Assembly: GCA_038087875.1 (NCBI GenBank)
Contig: CM075996.1
Location: 2,606,012-2,670,000 of the forward strand
From: Malacoraja senta
Lineage: Eukaryota
Length of the DNA: 63,989 nucleotides
Reading direction: 5' to 3'
Of the stretch, positions 51,684-63,989 are shown piece after piece. Position numbers and translations under genes: made by a program. Below the pieces are notes generated by a model. The model was not told the DNA's origin and ran no database searches. It worked only from the letters and a program-made list of their open reading frames with translations. The first letter of the stretch is position 1; the number at the start of each line of letters is the position of its first letter.

Positions 51684-51849
51684 GACAATTCACAATTTTA
51701 CCGAAGCCGCACGTCGTGGGAGGAAACCGGAGCACCCAGAGAGAACCCGTGGGGAGAACGTGCAAACTCCGTAGAGACAGCACCCGAGGTCGCTCTACCC
51801 GCTGCGCCTCCGTGCCGCGCTTGCATCTCCCGCTGTTCTCTGCCCACAG

Positions 51850-52021
51850 GTTTGCGGTGAATCTGGGCAGTGGCCCTGACAACATCGGCCTGCACTTCCA
51901 GCCCCGCTTCCACGACGGTGAGGACGGAGCGGTGATCGTCTGTAACTCCAAGTGTGCCGGTGGCTGGGACAGTGAGCAGCGAGAACACGACTTCCCCTTC
52001 AGCAAGGGAGAGAAGTTCAAA
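51850..52021 (+). CDS. LGALS2: Galectin exon 3, carbohydrate-recognition core (FAVNLGSGPDNIGLHFQPRFHDGEDGAVIVCNSKCAGGWDSEQREHDFPFSKGEKFK)
   Basis: CCACAG| acceptor, |GTGAGT donor, 172 nt; H-x-(Q)-x-R, VxN and WxxExR motifs. Confidence 0.95.
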
Positions 52022-52139
52022 GTGAGTGGGGGGGGGGGGGGGGGGGGTGGGGGTGGAGGGGAGACTGTGGGGGAGGTGGAGAGAGACTGGGGGAGGGGAG
52101 ACTGTGGGGGGGGAGATACTGGGAGGGAGAGCGTTTCAT

Positions 52140-52750
52140 AGATACAATAGGTGCAGGAGTAGGCCATTCCGCCCTTCGAGCCAGCACCGCCATTCAATGT
52201 GATCATGGCTGATCATCCCCAATCAGTACCCCGTTCCTGCCTTCTCCCCATATCCCTTGATTCTGCTCGCCCCTAGAGCTCCATCTAACTCTTTTAAATC
52301 CATCCAGTGAATCTGCCCCCACTGCCTTCCACAAATTCACAACTCTCTGGGTGAAATATTTTTTTTTTCTCATCTAAGTTTTAAATGGCCTCCCCTTTAT
52401 TCCTAGACTGTGGTCCCTGGTTCTGGACTCGCCCAACATTGGGAACATTTTTCCTGCATCTAGCTTGTCCAGTCCTTTCATAATTTTATACGTTTCTATA
52501 AGATCGCCCTCATCCTAAATTCCAGAGTACACAAGCCCAGTCGACCCATTCTTTCATTATATGACAGTCCCGCCATCCCGGGGATTAACCTGGTGAACCT
52601 ATGCTGCACTCCCTCAATAGCAAGAATGTCCTTCCTCAAATTAGGGGACCAAAACTACACACAATACTCCAGGTGTGGGTCTCACTAGGGCCCTGTACAA
52701 CTGCAGAAGGACATCTTTGCTCCTATACTCAACTCCTCTTGTTATGGCCA
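52140..52750 (-). mobile_element. CR1 LINE 3' fragment in galectin intron 3
   Basis: Reverse-strand copy; further copies at ~55170-55520(-), 56940-57300(+), 57650-57920(+). Confidence 0.8.
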
Positions 52751-53323
52751 ACATATCATATGTACCCTGACATTGGAACAATAATTTTTATTTCATCATT
52801 ATGTTTCTTTTAATTATTATTTCATCATTATTTATTTCTTTTCACTTAAATACTGTATCATTGTTATTTTTTTTGTATCATTCTTTATTAATTTTATCCT
52901 TTTCGTTAGTTTTTATCATTCATTTTATTTCTCGTTTATTTAATCATTGTTTTTTGTGCCTTCTTGTGACTTGTGACTGTCACATGTTTAATCAATAATG
53001 TGTTATTATTAATGTTTAATGTTTTATATATGTGTCATTCCTAACTGTCACTATATGTCACGTGTCGGGCGGAGCACCAAGGCAAATTCCTTGTATGTGA
53101 ATACTTGGCCAATAAACTTATTCATTTATTCTTATCTAATTTATTGTATCTTCTATAGTTCTCATTCTCCTGCCTTCTCCCCTAAAACCCCGGACACCCG
53201 CACTAATCAAAAATTCTCCGTGATTAATAAAAAAGTATATTAACGACTAGATAACTTGCCCAAGCGAGAAATGTCAATTCTTTAACCCTGAAAGTTGCAG
53301 GTGTAGAGAAACCAGCCTTCAGA

Positions 53324-53642
53324 GGCGGCACGGTGGCGCAGCGGTAGAGTCACTGCCTCCAAGCACCAGAGTCACGGGTTCGATCCCGACTACGGGTGCT
53401 GTCTGTACGGAGTCTGTACTTTCTCCCCGTGACCTGCGTGGGTTTTCTCCGGATGCTCCAGTTTCCTCCCACACTCCAAAGATGTACGGGTTTGTAGGTT
53501 AATTGGCTTTGGTATCAATGTAAATTGTCCCTAGTGTGTGTGTGTGTAGGATAGTGTTAGTGTGCGGGGGATGGCTGGTCGGGACGGACTTAGTGGGCCG
53601 AAGGGCCTGTTTCCATGCTGTATCTCCAGAAACTAAATTAAA
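53324..53642 (+). mobile_element. HE1-like SINE
   Basis: Full length; other copies at ~16050-16330(-), 32420-32670(-), 33730-33997(-), 36236-36521(+), 41806-42095(+), 56273-56562(+), 58408-58700(+). Confidence 0.8.
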
Positions 53643-54008
53643 CTTGTGCTGTATCATGTAGGAAGGAACTGTAGATGGACACAAGCTGCTGGAGTAACTC
53701 AGCGGGACAGGCAGCATCTCTGGGGAGAAGGGATGGTTTTGTATCTACCATTGGGTTGTAAACCAGCATCTGCAGCTCTTTCTTACACATGGAACTGCAG
53801 AAAGATAGAAGGTTGCTAAACTATCTTCGGAGGGGGAAGTGAAAGAGGATGTTGCTAAACTGCCTTCGGAGCGGATGGATAGATGTTGATTTAAACCGAA
53901 GATGGGTGTAAAATGCTGGCGTAACTCAGCAGGACGGGCGGCATCTCTGGAGAGAAGGAACGGGTGAGGTTTCGGGTCGAGCTGACAATCGCATCTTTAT
54001 TTCAACAG

Positions 54009-54155
54009 GTGTGCATCACATTCAAGGGCGACGTCTTTGAGATTAAGCTCCCCAATGATTCTGTGATTGAGTTCCCCAACCGCTTGTCCCTGGAGACGGT
54101 CAACTTTGTCTCAGTGGCCGGAGACTTCAAGTTGGTCTCGTTCGGCTGCAGATGA
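54009..54155 (+). CDS. LGALS2: Galectin exon 4 (VCITFKGDVFEIKLPNDSVIEFPNRLSLETVNFVSVAGDFKLVSFGCR*)
   Basis: CAACAG| acceptor, FPNRL motif, TGA stop; total CDS 402 nt / 133 aa. Confidence 0.95.
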   Translation: MCITFKGDVFEIKLPNDSVIEFPNRLSLETVNFVSVAGDFKLVSFGCR

Positions 54156-54320
54156 GAGGTTTTGAGAGGAAGGGTCAAACGCAGACACCGAAGAGGAAAT
54201 GGCCCCGTCTGCTCTCCTGACGAAGTAATCCTTCTGATGAGAATGCACAAAATTTAATTTGATCGCCTGTGGTCAGAAAGACCTGTGATCAGTTGTAAAT
54301 GTTCACTTAACCTGCGCAAG

Positions 54321-54326
54321 AATAAA
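54321..54326 (+). terminator. Polyadenylation signal of the galectin gene
   Basis: AATAAA 166 nt after the stop, followed by GT/T-rich sequence. Confidence 0.7.
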
Positions 54327-54632
54327 TAGTGTGGTGCAATGGTTCAATGGTGTTTTATTTACTACACGGTGGGTGTACACAAAGGGTGGTGGGTGTATGG
54401 AACGAGCTGCCAGAGGAGGTAGTTGAGGCTGGGATTATCCCAACGTTTAAGAGACAGTTAGACAGGTGCATGGATAGGACAGGTTTGGAGGGATATGGGT
54501 CAAACGCGGGCAGGTGGGACTAGTGTAGCTGAGACATGTGGGCCGGTGTGGGCAAGTTGGGCCGAAGGGCCTGTTACCATGCTGTCTCATTCTATGACTC
54601 GATATGCAACTGCACAGTGAACTTTTTATATA

Positions 54633-54946
54633 GGGCGGTCACGGTGGCGCAGCGGTAGAGTTGCTGCCTTACAGCGAATGCAGCGCCGGAGACCCGGGTT
54701 CGATCCCGACTACGGGTGCTGTCTGTACGGAGTCTGCACGTTCTCCCCGTGGGTTTTCTCCGAGATGTTCAGTTTCCTCCCACACTCCAAAGGCGTGAAG
54801 GTTTGTAGGTTAATTGTCTTGGTCTAAATGTGAAAATTGTCCCTATGGGTGTGTGTGTGGGTTAGTGTCAGTGTGCGGGGATCGCTGGTCGGCACGGACC
54901 CGGTGGGCCGAAGGGCCTGTTTCCGAGCTGTATCTTCAAACTAAAC
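54633..54946 (+). mobile_element. HE1-like SINE
   Basis: Full-length head, core and tail. Confidence 0.8.
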
Positions 54947-57900
54947 GAAGCTACACGTGCGGGCACCGCCATTTGTGGCACCATTATCCTGTGGACCCGT
55001 GCGCTCGATGTACTGGAGCAGTTCCGCACGCCCTCCCCTCCCTGTCACTGGGGGTGCCTCCTGCAGCCGACCTTGAAGGCATCACCTCGGTTCACCCACC
55101 TCCCACCTTGCTCCGCGCGTCTGGCATTTCCCCCCCCCCCCCCGTTACACCGACTGAGTGACATAGTATAGACAATAGGTGCAGGAGTAGGCCATTCGGC
55201 CCTTCGAGCCTGCACCGCCATTCAATATGATCATGGCTGATCATCCCCAATCAGTACCCCGTTCCTGCCTTCTCCCCATATCCCCTGACTCCGCTATTTT
55301 TAAGAGCCCTATCTAGCTCTCTCTTGAAAGCATCCAGAGAACCTGCCTCCACCGCCCTCTTAGGCAGAGAATTCCACAGACTCACCACTCTCTGTGAGAA
55401 AAAGTGTTTCCTCGTCTCCGTTCCAAATGGCTTACCCCTTATTCTTAAACTGTGTGTGTGGCCCCTGGTTCTGGACTCCCCCAACATCGGGAACATGTTT
55501 CCTGCCTCTGGCGTGTCCAAGTTTTTATTTAGTTTAGAGATACAGCGTGGAAATACACCCTTCGACCCACTGAGTCTGCGCCGACAAGTGATTTGTTTAT
55601 TTATTTATTTATTTATTTAAATTTCCTCCTCCCCCCCCCCCCATGCATTAATACTATACTATGGACACACTTGGGACAATTTGCATTTATACCTGACCTG
55701 TTCCCTTGATCATCGCTATTTTTCTGCTTATCTTTCATTCATTTGTTCTATATTTCTCAACGCCACTGCAACAGTGGATAACTCGAGTTTCAGTCTGAAG
55801 AAGCGTCACCCGTCCCTTTACTGGGGAGATGCTGTTAAAACGATATGAGAATTAATTTGAAGATTGACGCAAAGCGCTGGAGTAACTCAGCGGGACAGGC
55901 AGCATCTCTGGAGAGAAGGAATGGGTGACGTTTCGGGTGGAGACCCTTCTTCCACGGTGACTCCCCTGTGGGTAAACACCAGCGTGCGAAAAGTGAAGAA
56001 CAACTAAGAGACCGAAAAGAAAGAATAGAAAGCTTTATTAATGATAATGAGTAACAAGTGCACACAGTAAAAGATTTAAATATGGATTTTTTGTATTTTA
56101 AGTTGGTTGCTTTACAGAACGTAGGCTGGTAACCATGTGACAACAATCCTAGGGTAACAGAATCTTTAGTAACAAACGAGGAAAGAAGACACACAAAATG
56201 GAAGACTGCGACTACGAGACGGAGTATAATGAAGAATGGTTGTGGTCTTATTGGGATGAATCATCAATGTATGGGGTGGCGCAGCGGTAGAGTTGCTGCC
56301 TCACAGCGCCGGAGACCCGGGTTCCATCCTGACCGCGGGCGCGGTCTGTACGGAGTTTGCACGTTCTCCCCGTGACCTGCGTGGGTTTACTCCAAGATCT
56401 TCGGTTTCCTCCCACACTCCAGGTTTGTAGGTTAATTGGCTTGGTATAATTGTAATTTGTTTCCATGGCGTGTGTGGGAGAGTGTTGGCGTGCGGGGATC
56501 GCAGGCCGGTGCAGACTCGGTGGGCCGAAGGGCCTGTTTCCATGCTGTCTCTCTAAACTAAACAGACGATCAAGGAAAATTGGAGCCCACAATGGTCCAT
56601 TGTTGGCTGCGTGGGTCAGTGATAACGAGTTGCAGAGACGGTGAAACTCGACAGGACGACAGTGAAACAAGTGCAACGGCTAAGGAGGGGAACGACTGGG
56701 TGGGGGGAGGGGGGGAAAGGATGCAGGGGCTTAAAGTTAAAGAAATCAATATTCATACCGCTGGGGTGTAAGTTGCCCAAACGAAATATGAGATGCTGTT
56801 CCTCCAATTTTGCTGACAATGGTCAGTGTGGGAATGGGAAGGGGAACTGTGCAGGAAGGAACTGCAGATGCTGGTTTATACCAAAGATAGACACAATATG
56901 CTGGAGTAACTCAGCAGTTCAGGCAGCATTTCTGGAGAGCTTGTAGAAACATATAACATTCTTAAGGGATTGGACAGGCTAGATACAGGAAGAAAAGTTC
57001 CTGATGTTGGGGGAGTCCAGAACCAGGGGTCACACAGTTTAAGAATAAGGGGTAGGCCATTTAGGACTGAGATGAGGAAAAACATTTTCACCCAGAGAGT
57101 TGTGAATCTGTGGAATTCTCTGCCACAGAAGGCAGTGGAGGCCGATTCACTGGATGTTTTCAAGAGAGAGTTAGATTTAGCTCTTGAGGTTAAAGGGATA
57201 TGGGGGAAAAAGCAGGAACGGGGTACTGATTTTGGATGATCACGTTGAACGGCGGTGCTGGCTCGAAGGGCCGAATGGCCTACTCCTGCACCTGTTTTCT
57301 GTGAGAGGAGGAATGTGTGAGGTTTTTCGGGTCGAGACCTTTTGTTTGGCATTGGTGAGATGGCGTGGGCCGGGGTGGGCTAAGCTGTCGTTGGTATGCC
57401 CTGCATCTGCACTGACGGAATGCCACAAGAATCCGTAGGGGGGTCACGCCTCGTCCTACAGTAGCAGACAGTCACACTAATGTTCTCACAAATCAACCCT
57501 TCATTATGCAGCAATTATTCCAACCATCCTTTCATGCCCCCTTCCTGCCAGTAGGAGGGAGTGTTGAGCAGGTGCCAGCTCTCACCAAGTGTCACAATCG
57601 ACTGCAAAGTCTTCAGTTCAGTTCGAGGAAAAGTACAAAAAGTTGGAGTAACTTTAAGAATAAGGGGTCGGCCATTTAGAACGGAGACGAGGAAACACTT
57701 TTTCTCACAGAGAGTTGTGAGTCTGTGGAATTCTCTGCCTCGGTGGAGGCAGGTTCTCTGGATGCTTTCAAGAGAGAGCTAGATAGGGCTCTTAAAAATA
57801 GCGGAGTCAGGGGATATGGGGGAGAAGGCAGGAACGGGGTACTGATTGGGGATGATCAGCCAGGAGGATCACATTGAATGGCTCGAAGGGCCGAATGGCC

Positions 57901-59829
57901 GTACTCCTGCACCTATTGTTGATTAACTCGGCGGGACGGGCAGCAGCTCTGGAGAGAAGGAATGGGTGATGTTTCGGGTCGATAACTGCTCCTTTGAGCT
58001 CCACCTCTCCAGAGATGATGCCTGTCCCGCTGAGTTGCTCCAGCATTTGTGCGTTTATCTTCGCTTTAAACCAGCACCTGCCTTTCCTTCCGTCAGAATA
58101 AGGGTCTCGACCCGAAACGTCACCTATTCCTTCGCTCCACAGATGCTGCCCGTCCCGCTGAGTTTCTCCAGCATTTTTGCCAACATTCCTTCCCGCGCAC
58201 TTCAGTTTAGTTTATTGCCACGTGTACCAAAGTACAGTAAAAAAGCATTTGTTGCGTGCAGGAGGTGATCTGTGGGGGACGTTCGCTAGTGACCTCGTTA
58301 ACTAGTTATCCCCAAGATGCCATGGATTTTATCTTGTACTAGGCGTTGTTCCCTTTATCCCGTATCTGTATACTGTGGGGCCCACAGAGTTACTCCAGCA
58401 CCGTGCTGCACGGTGGCGCAGCGGTAGAGTTGCAGCCTCACAGCGCCAGAGTCACGGGTTCGATCCTGACCACGGGTGCTGTCTGTGCGGAGTTTGTACG
58501 TTCTCCCCGTGACCTGCGAGGGTCTTCTCCAGGTTCTCCGGTTTCCTCCCGCACTCCAAAGACGTACAGCTTTGTCGGCGAATTGGCTTGGTGTGTGTGT
58601 GTGTGTAGGATAGATCTAGTGCGCGAGGTGATCGCTGGTCGGCGCGGACTCGTTGGGCCAAACGTCCTGTGTGTGTCCATGCTGTGTCTCTAAACTTAAC
58701 GTGGCTTCCGTGGGTGCTGTTTGTGTGGAGTTTGCACGTTCTCCCCGTGACCTGCGTGGGTTTTCTCCGGGTGCTCCGGTTTCCTCCTACGCTCAAAAGA
58801 CGTGCAGGTTTGTGGGTTAATTGGCTTTGGTACAATTGCAAATTGTCCCGTGTGTGTGTGTGTGTGTGTGGGTGGGATAGTATTAATATATGGGGTGAAG
58901 GCTGGGCCAAACTGCCTATTTCTGGTATTTTGTTGGTTCACATGCTTGATCAATGGTGTTTTATCATTAATGTTTTATTATTATTAATGGTTAGTGTTTT
59001 CTGAGTCATTCGTAACTGTCACTGTATGTCATGTTGTTACTTGTGGGCGGAGCACCAAGGCAAATTCCTTGTATGTGAATACTTGGCCAATAAACTTACT
59101 TACTATGCTGTATCTCTTTTTAAAAAAAACCAAAGGACACAAAGTGCTGGAGCAACACCTTTTAAGAAGCATTCAGTCAGGTGTGTGGGTGAGATGGGTT
59201 TTAAATGAATGAACGATATTCAGTTGTCACATAGTGGGATCTGGGCCAAATGCAGGCAGGTGGGACTGGTGTAGATGGGGCATGTTGGCGGGTTGGGCTG
59301 AAGGCCTGTTTCCATGCTGTATCAATCTATGACTCCATAAACGAGTGTTGTTGCAACATCAGATGTTCTGGCAGTGAGACAATCGAAGCAGATTAAAAAG
59401 GGAATTCTTTCGAAATGCGGGTGGGAGAAATAGCTGCGGGCGAGAGCAAGGAGTGTGGGCAGCACTTGCCAGCAGGGAAGGAGAGAGATATCGCTAAACT
59501 CCGCACACCACTCGACCCAGAGAAAACCCACGCAAGTTTAGTTTCGAGATTCAGCGCGGAAACAGGCCCTTCAGCCCACCGAGTCCGCGCCGACCAGCGA
59601 TCCCGCACACTCACACTATTTATATATATATATATATATATATATTTTTGTACCAAGCCAATTAACCTACAAACCTTTTTGTTTAAGAAGGGAACTGCAG
59701 ATGCTGGAAAATCGAAGGTAGACAAAAGTGCTGGAGAAACTCAGCGGGTGCAGCAGCATCTATGGAGCGAAGGAAATAGGCAACGTTTCGGGCCGAAACC
59801 CTTCTTCAGACTGATCTGAAACCTACAAA

Positions 59830-60029
59830 NNNNNNNNNNNNNNNNNNNNNNNNNNNNNNNNNNNNNNNNNNNNNNNNNNNNNNNNNNNNNNNNNNNNNNN
59901 NNNNNNNNNNNNNNNNNNNNNNNNNNNNNNNNNNNNNNNNNNNNNNNNNNNNNNNNNNNNNNNNNNNNNNNNNNNNNNNNNNNNNNNNNNNNNNNNNNNN
60001 NNNNNNNNNNNNNNNNNNNNNNNNNNNNN
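59830..60029. other. Assembly gap (200 N)
   Basis: N run. Confidence 1.
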
Positions 60030-60668
60030 GGAGAGAGGGAGAGAGGGAGAGGGAGAGAGGGAGAGAGGGAGAGAGGGAGAGAGAGGGAGAGAGGGAGTGA
60101 GGGAGAGAGGGAGAGAGGGAGAGAGGGAGAGAGGGAGAGAGGGAGAGAGGGAGAGAGGGAGAGAGGGAGTGAGGGAGAGAGGGAGAGGAGAGAGGGGAGA
60201 GAGGGAGAGGGGAGAGGGAGAGAGGGAGAGAGGGAGTGAGGGAGAGAGAGGGAGAGGGAGAGAGGGAGAGAGGGAGAGGGGGAGAGAGGGAGAGAGGGAG
60301 AGAGGGGGAGAGGGGGAGAGGGGGAGAGGGGGAGAGTGGGAAGGGGAGAGAGAGAGAGGGGGGCGGGGGAGGGAAGAGAGGAGGGGAGAGAGGGAGAGGG
60401 GCAGGGGGAGAGGGGAGAGGAGAGAGGGAGAGGGAGAGGGAGAGGGAGAGGGGAGAGGGAGAGAGGGAGAGGGAGGATGGAGACGGAGGAGAGGGAGAGA
60501 GAGGGCGAGTGGGAGAGAGGGAGAGAGAGAGGGAGAGAGAGAGAGAGAGGGGGAGAGAAGGATGGGGACAGAGGGAGAGAGGGAGAGAGAGAGGGAGAGA
60601 GAGAGAGAGAGGGGAGAGAAGGATGGGGACAGAGGGGAGAGGGAGAGAGAGGGAGAGAGGGAGGGAGA
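60030..60668. repeat. Polypurine (GGGAGAGA)-type low-complexity tract
   Basis: Almost exclusively G/A on the + strand. Confidence 0.95.
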
Positions 60669-61382
60669 CTTTTGTAATCCAGGGAATAACCATTCTTTGT
60701 GCGCAGATATTCCCAGCTGCAGTGTGGGAAACAGGGCTCCCACATCCACTCTGTCCAAGGGTGCATTCCTCTGTGGACCTTGTTGAGTCAATAGACAGTA
60801 GACAGTAGACAATAGACAATAGGTGCAGGAGTAGGCCATTCGGCCCTTCGAGCCAGCACCGCCATTCAATGTGATCATGGCTGATCGTCCCCAATCAGTA
60901 CCCCGTTCCTGCCTTCTCCCCATATCCCCTGACTCCGCTATCCTTAAGAGCCCTATCTAACTCTCTCTCGAAAGTATCCAGAGAACCGCCCTCGGAGGCA
61001 GAGAGTTCCACAGACCTCCACAGTCGTGTCATGTAACAGGGGGAGATTTTGTACCCCCAGCAAGGCGGAGATGTAGCGTTACAGATACATTCTTGAAAGC
61101 CAGCGCGTTTTTTTTTTAATGTGTGTGGAGAAAGTCTGGAATACCAAATGAGCCAGCTGACTCTTTGAGCTATTTCTGGCCTTCCCCCCCATCATCTGTC
61201 TTCACCGCAAAGGAGCAGAAACCGTCGCAAGGAATGTCTGGCTGAAAGGGCTTGCTGACACAGATTGCTTTTATGTCAGTCTCTGAGGGTCTTGTATGAA
61301 AAAATGAGAGTGTGAGGGAACTATGCATTTGCGAATACTTATGAAAAGTGTCTTTGTTCCCACCAAGTGCGTGCGCGCTTTA

Positions 61383-62283
61383 AGGGCCTGTCCCACTTAG
61401 GCGATTTTTTTAGCCGACTGCCGGCGACTAGACTTTCGCCACACGATCGCCGGGGTGACGCCTGTACGGTCGTGAGTCGTCCTCTCAGTCGCCCAAAGAG
61501 TCGTAGCGTTTTTCCGGTCGCGGCTGGATTTTGAGATGTTCGGCGCCAGTCAGCGTCCGTGGGCTTGTCGTAGCTGGTCTTCTCCTGACGTAGACGCTGT
61601 CGTAGGTTGTTGCCAGGATGGCGTAGGGTGTTGACTTTGGTGAATTCCATTGGCGTAGTCGCCGGCAGTCGCCTAAAAAAAAAAAATCGCCCAAGCGTTT
61701 TTTCGGCGACCTGCTATTGAGGGAGTGCAGCGTAGGTTTACCAGGTTAATTCCCGGGATGGCGGGACTGTCATATGCTGAGAGAATGGAGCGGCTGGGCT
61801 TGTACACTCTGGAGTTTAGAAGGATGAGAGGGAATCTCATTGAAACATATAAGAATATTAAGGGTTTGGACACGCTAGAGGCAGGAAACATGTTCCCGAT
61901 GTTGGGGGAGTCCAGAACCAGGGGCCACACACACAGTTTAAGAATAAGGAGTAAGTCATTTAGGACGGAGACGAGGAAACACTTTTTCACCCAGGAGAGT
62001 GGTGAGTCTGTGGAATTCTCTGCCTCAGAGGGCGGTGGAGGCAGGTTCTCTGGATACTTTCTAGCGAGAGCTAGATAGGGCTCTTAAAGATAGCGGAGTC
62101 AGGGGATATGGGGAGAAGGCAGGAACGGGGTACTGATTGGGGATGATCAGCCATGATCACATTGAATGGCGGTGCTGGCTCGAAGGGGCCGAATGGCCTA
62201 CTCCTGCACCTATTGTCTATTGTCTATTGTCTATGACAGTCGCCGGCAGTCACCTCAAAAAATCGCCAAGTGGGACAGGCCCT
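61383..62283. mobile_element. Harbinger-type MITE with nested CR1 3' fragment (61712-62235)
   Basis: TIRs AGGGCCTGTCCCACTT, TTA TSD. Confidence 0.8.
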
Positions 62284-62754
62284 TTATTCTAATTGGCACA
62301 AAAACTGCCCCTCCAATCCAATTCTAATCTTGCCCAGATTGAGACAATTCTACGGAAAGGCACTAGTTTCCAATGTGACGTGTTCCTAGCGTGGATGGGA
62401 CATGTTGGTCGGTGTGGGCAGGTTGGGCCGAGGGGCCTGTTTCCACGCAGTAGACTGAAGAAGGTCGCCCATCCCTTCTCTCCAGAGATGCTGCCCGTCC
62501 CGCTGAGTTAATCCAGCATTTTGTGCCTATCCTTGGCGACCTCACAAGGGGAGACCGAAACTGGCCACTGCTAAACACTGACACCTGCTGGTCCACACTG
62601 GAACTGGAGAAAGAAGATGCATTTCAGAGAGTCCTGGCATAATTCAGCGGGTAAACAGGCCCTTCGGCCCATTGCGTCCATACTGACCATCAGGCCCCAC
62701 TTATACTGACCCCATTTCATCCTCCCCATATTCCCATCTACTCTGCCCAATTCT

Positions 62755-63989
62755 ACCACTGTATCCCAGTGTTATACACACAGACCCGTCCCCACCCCTA
62801 CTGTACCCCAGTGTTATATACAGACCCACCCCCACCCCTACTGTACCCCAGTGTTATATACACAGACCCATCCCCACCCCTACTGTACCCCAGTGTTATA
62901 TACAGACCCACCCCCACCCTACTGTACCCCAGTGTTATATACAGACCCACCCCCACCCCTACTGTACCCCAGTGTTATATACACAGACCCATCCCCACCC
63001 CTACTGTACCCCAGTGTTATATACAGACCCACCCCCACCCCTACTGTACCCCAGTGTTATATACACAGACCCATCCCCACCCCTACTGTACCCCAGTGTT
63101 ATACACAGACCCACCCCTACTGTACCCCAGTGTTATATACAGACCCACCCCCACCCCTACTGTACCCCAGTGTTATACACACAGACCCGTCCCCACCCCT
63201 ACTGTACCCCAGTGTTATATACACAGACCCATCCCCACCCCTACTGTACCCCAGTGTTATACACAGACCCACCCCTACTGTACCCCAGTGTTATACACAG
63301 ACCCACCCCTACTGTACCCCAGTGTTATACACACAGACCCGTCCCCACCACTACTGTACCCCAGTGTTATATACACAGACCCATCCCCACCCCTACTGTA
63401 CCCCAGTGTTATACACAGACCCACCCCTACTGTACCCCAGTGTTACACACAGACCCACCCCTACTGTACCCCAGTGTTATACACACAGACCCGTCCCCAC
63501 CCCTACTGTACCCCAGTGTTATATACACAGACCCATCCCCACCCCTACTGTACCCCAGTGTTATACACAGACCCACCCCTACTGTACCCCAGTGTTATAC
63601 ACAGACCCACCCCTACTGTACCCCAGTGTTATACACACAGACCCGTCCCCACCCCTACTGTACCCCAGTGTTATACACAGACCCACCCCTACTGTACCCC
63701 AGTGTTATACACACAGACCCGTCCCCACCCTACTGTACCCCAGTGTTATACACACAGACCCACCCCCACCCCTACTGTACCCCAGTGTTATACACAGACC
63801 CACCCCTACTGTACCCCAGTGTTATACACACAGACCCACCCCTACTGTACCCCAGTGTTATACACACAGACCCATCCCCACCCCTACTGTACCCCAGTGT
63901 TATACACACAGACCCACCCCTACTGTACCCCAGTGTTATACACACAGACCCACCCCTACTGTACCCCAGTGTTATACACACAGACCCAC
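62755..63989. repeat. Minisatellite with ~33-42-bp units CCCCTACTGTACCCCAGTGTTATA(CA)nCAGACCC..., runs off the window
   Basis: Direct reading; variable CA and CCCCA segments. Confidence 0.95.

Noticed and set aside
53324..53400. tRNA gene (A and B boxes)
   Set aside because: tRNA-derived SINE head continuing into the V-domain and LINE tail; no full cloverleaf.
59741..60923. Ser/Leu/Pro- and Glu/Arg/Gly-rich ORFs
   Set aside because: Low-complexity purine tract that spans an assembly gap.
62755..63989. Telomeric repeat
   Set aside because: CCCCTA occurs only once per 33-42-bp unit and there is no (CCCTAA)n array.

Overview
Eukaryotic vertebrate genomic DNA. The repeat content (HE1/V-type tRNA SINEs, CR1/HER1-like LINEs, Penelope pLTR repeats) points to a cartilaginous fish, probably a skate or ray (inference). 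There are two protein-coding genes, arranged head-to-head. GGA1 is on the minus strand: 16 coding exons run from ATG 38484 down to 682, all GT-AG and phase-consistent, 662 codons in the window, with the last exon off the left edge. A 4-exon prototype galectin is on the plus strand (43186-54155, 133 aa); it occupies the LGALS2 position and has an unusual HFQPR instead of HFNPR. The introns are dense with mobile DNA: an internally deleted Gypsy LTR element nested in a Harbinger-type MITE, CR1/L2/Rex/Tx1 LINE ends, Tc1 and other TIR elements, and large mini- and microsatellites. The most notable finding is a ~140-bp TSD-flanked retroposon present in 3 copies. Its first 54 nt fold into a minimal CPEB3/HDV-like self-cleaving ribozyme, and every copy starts exactly at the predicted cleavage site. 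One copy is in sense orientation in a GGA1 intron. Separately, abundant Penelope-derived repeats carry minimal hammerhead ribozyme cores, including a tandem array of ten 36-bp hammerhead units.
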